DNA of 64,000 bases from an uncultured Pseudomonadota bacterium (lineage in GTDB: Bacteria > Desulfobacterota > Binatia > Binatales > Binataceae). The translations under genes were made by a program, and so were the position numbers. Under the pieces are notes generated by a model that worked only from the letters and a program-made list of their open reading frames with translations, had not been told where the DNA came from and ran no database searches. The DNA is taken from positions 21,438 to 85,437 of the forward strand of contig CAWGQB010000026.1 in NCBI GenBank assembly GCA_963824565.1, given 5' to 3'. Of the stretch, positions 63,943 to 64,000 are shown piece after piece (within the stretch, counting starts at the first letter, position 1; each line of letters begins with the position of its first letter).

Positions 63943-64000
63943 TCAGCCCCGGTTGGGAAAAGTGATGGCGAATTCGGTGCCCGCGCGACGGCCCAGCTCC
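63943..64000 (-). CDS. 3' end of a further histidine kinase (partial, runs off window end)
   Basis: The reverse frame reads ...ELGRRAGTEFAITFPNRG*, the end of an HATPase_c domain. Its stop lies 6 nt before the REC-kinase ATG. Confidence 0.5.
   Translation of the reverse strand, partial: ELGRRAGTEFAITFPNRG

Overview
GC-rich bacterial chromosomal segment with about 67 protein genes. By eye I found no rRNA, tRNA, CRISPR array, transposase or integrase. Layout: (1) 1-13 kb: the tail of eutC, then a TetR-flanked acyl-CoA catabolic cluster (SCP-x-type thiolase + DUF35, two tandem family-III CoA-transferases, amidohydrolase, epoxide hydrolase, SDR, PPOX-like). (2) 13-31 kb: a housekeeping/sensory mix (nth, M20 peptidase, FIST, hemerythrin, GT2/GT4 glycosyltransferases, MASE1-PAS-GAF histidine kinase, glgX, ppa, thiI, NUDIX, hotdog thioesterase) with two parDE loci. 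(3) 31.6-34.2 kb: ffh-rpsP-KH-rimM, ending in a perfect 29-bp inverted repeat instead of trmD-rplS. (4) 35.4-40.8 kb: a TPR - exbB - exbD - exbD - membrane-anchored vWA operon with no TonB. This is my best candidate for an undescribed system. (5) 42.0-43.9 kb: a fluoride riboswitch with terminator, then a DUF190-4xCBS fusion, then crcB. (6) 44.0-59.7 kb: a complete group-1h-type (Hhy-like) [NiFe]-hydrogenase cluster (hhySL, an HhyE-like Fe-S protein, a block of translationally coupled unknowns, protease, a microprotein, hypABCDEF with a second hypC, plus SIS, YceI and MIase-like passengers). (7) 60-64 kb: a secreted NTAxG-repeat / S74 tail-fibre-like protein and two-component genes. A dispersed CCCTCTCCC...GGGAGAGGG hairpin repeat family marks five intergenic sites. 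Major caveat: by hand count about 50 apparent frameshifts interrupt about 28 genes. Hits are roughly proportional to gene length and include core genes (rimM, thiI, hypD, hypE), which looks more like random indel error than biological decay. Gene ends at those sites are approximate. All functional calls come from motif recognition in the supplied translations; no database search was run.
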